Shown here piece by piece: positions 30,984 through 32,000 of a stretch of 32,000 bases of DNA. The position numbers and the translations under genes were made by a program. A model generated the notes under the pieces. It made no database searches, was not told where the DNA came from, and was given only the letters and a program-made list of their open reading frames with translations. Each line of letters opens with the position of its first letter. The stretch's first letter is position 1. The stretch is from Kineococcus radiotolerans SRS30216 = ATCC BAA-149 (GTDB taxonomy: Bacteria; Actinomycetota; Actinomycetes; Actinomycetales; Kineococcaceae), in contig NC_009664.2 of NCBI RefSeq assembly GCF_000017305.1, forward strand, positions 510,001 to 542,000, written 5' to 3'.

Positions 30984-31046
30984 CGGGTCGGACCAGGTCC
31001 GGTCAGGCGGAGCCGGTGGCGCCGGGTGGCGCCGGGTCGGGTCGGG

Positions 31047-31562
31047 TCACTGCATCACGAAGGACGTGAGGTAGATGCCCATGACCCCCTGGGTCTCCTC
31101 GCCCTCCTCGTCGTGGGTCATGTAGGCGTGGATGATCTTCTCCTGCAGCAGGTCCTTGTGGTGGTTGCGCTGCTCGGCGTTGGCCAGGTCGGCCATCGAC
31201 AGGTTGGAGAACTCGGAGATGATCAAGTCGTAGGCCTTGCTGCCGTCCAGGGCGGTGCTGCCGCCCCCGTGCCCGCCGGCGTCGGCGGCGGCGACGGCCT
31301 GCAGGCCGACGCCGATCTTGAGGTAGTGCCCGTCGGCGAGGTTCACGCTGATCGGGTCCAGCGCGGTGACGTCACCGGGGGTGAGGGTGGGCGTCGGGGT
31401 GGCCTCGGCCGCCGCGGCCGTGTCGCCCTTGGTGAGCATGAAGACGCCGGCGCCGGTGCCGCCGGCCAGCAGCACGGCCGCGGCCGCGCCGATGACGATG
31501 AGCTTCTTCGCGCCGCCGGGCTTGGCCTCGCCGTCGCCCGCCGTCTTGTCCTTCTTGGCCAT
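31047..31562 (-). CDS. fliL: flagellar basal-body-associated protein FliL
   Basis: ORF 31047..31562. It has a Lys-rich N-terminus, one TM (KLIVIGAAAAVLLAGGTGAGVFML), then FliL-like blocks LDPISVNLADGHYLKIGVGLQ and IYLTSFVMQ. It lies between motB and fliM. Confidence 0.85.
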   Translation of the reverse strand: MAKKDKTAGDGEAKPGGAKKLIVIGAAAAVLLAGGTGAGVFMLTKGDTAAAAEATPTPTLTPGDVTALDPISVNLADGHYLKIGVGLQAVAAADAGGHGGGSTALDGSKAYDLIISEFSNLSMADLANAEQRNHHKDLLQEKIIHAYMTHDEEGEETQGVMGIYLTSFVMQ

Positions 31563-31591
31563 GGGAACTCCGTTTCGGGGTCGTCAGGTGG

Positions 31592-32000
31592 TCAGTGGGC
31601 GACGTCGGTCGCGAGGTCCGGCGCGATGCCGGCGGCGACGTCGATGGCGACGTCGGTGGTGCTCACGGTGCTGGTGGTGGTCGAGGAACCGCTGGTGCCG
31701 CTGGTGCCAGTGAGCTCCGCCGGGCCGTCCCCGGTGGGGATGCCGGCGGCGACCTCGGGCAGGAGGGCCTTGACCGCGTCCGAGCTCGGCGAGGCGACGA
31801 CCAGGTCGACGCGGCGGTTGCCCGTCAGCGCCTTGGGGTCCTCGTTCGGGTAGAGCGGGCGGCTGTCGGCGTAGCCGGTGCCCGAGAGGTGGTTGCCGGG
31901 GATGCCGGCGGCGGTGAAGCGCTGCACGACCGTCATGGCGCGGGCGGCCGAGAGGTCCCAGTTGTCCCGGTAGCGGGTGGTCGCGCTCAGCGAGAGCGAG
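31592..32000 (-). CDS. motB: flagellar stator protein MotB (C-terminal OmpA-like part; N-terminus outside the window)
   Basis: ORF 31592..31936 continues open in frame to the window edge: ...SLSATTRYRDNWDLSAARAMTVVQRFTAAGIPGNHLSGTGYADSRPLYPNEDPKALTGNRRVDLVV. This is the OmpA/MotB peptidoglycan-binding signature (NWxLSxxRA ... GxGxxxP ... NRRVxxV). The tail is Ser/Thr-rich. Confidence 0.85.
   Translation of the reverse strand, partial: SLSLSATTRYRDNWDLSAARAMTVVQRFTAAGIPGNHLSGTGYADSRPLYPNEDPKALTGNRRVDLVVASPSSDAVKALLPEVAAGIPTGDGPAELTGTSGTSGSSTTTSTVSTTDVAIDVAAGIAPDLATDVAH

Overview
This is a very GC-rich window (roughly 70-75% GC by eye), typical of a motile actinobacterium. A Kineococcus-like organism is plausible, but that is inference only. 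All calls below come from reading the supplied ORF translations, motifs and nucleotide context; no database search was run.

Four blocks are present:

(1) 1-1835, minus strand. Six small genes form a chain in which every junction is a 4-nt start/stop overlap. One is DUF6221-like and one is Cys-rich. The chain lies just downstream of the 3' end of a tRNA-Leu(GAG) at 1971-2055 and is probably the edge of a prophage or integrated element.

(2) 2140-6262, plus strand. A MoxR AAA+ ATPase, a DUF58 protein and a transglutaminase-like membrane protein form one operon.

(3) 6332-12423, plus strand. This is an olefin (long-chain alkene) biosynthesis cluster, oleA - fused oleBC - oleD, followed by an App1/DUF2183-like phosphatase.

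(4) 12490-32000, minus strand. This is a flagellar cluster: motB' - fliL - fliM - fliN/Y - fliO - fliP - fliQ - fliR - flhB - [two sensor kinases + CheY-like receiver] - flhA - flhF-like - YcgR-like PilZ - small membrane protein - csrA - PAS/GGDEF cyclase - 32-aa ORF.

The most unusual points in the flagellar cluster are:
- A two-component module sits between flhB and flhA.
- The FlhF homologue is 817 aa, has no P-loop, and has no flhG after it.
- FliM cannot encode the CheY-P docking peptide.
- A c-di-GMP/CsrA module forms the tail of the cluster.

Many very long ORFs antisense to these genes are high-GC artefacts.
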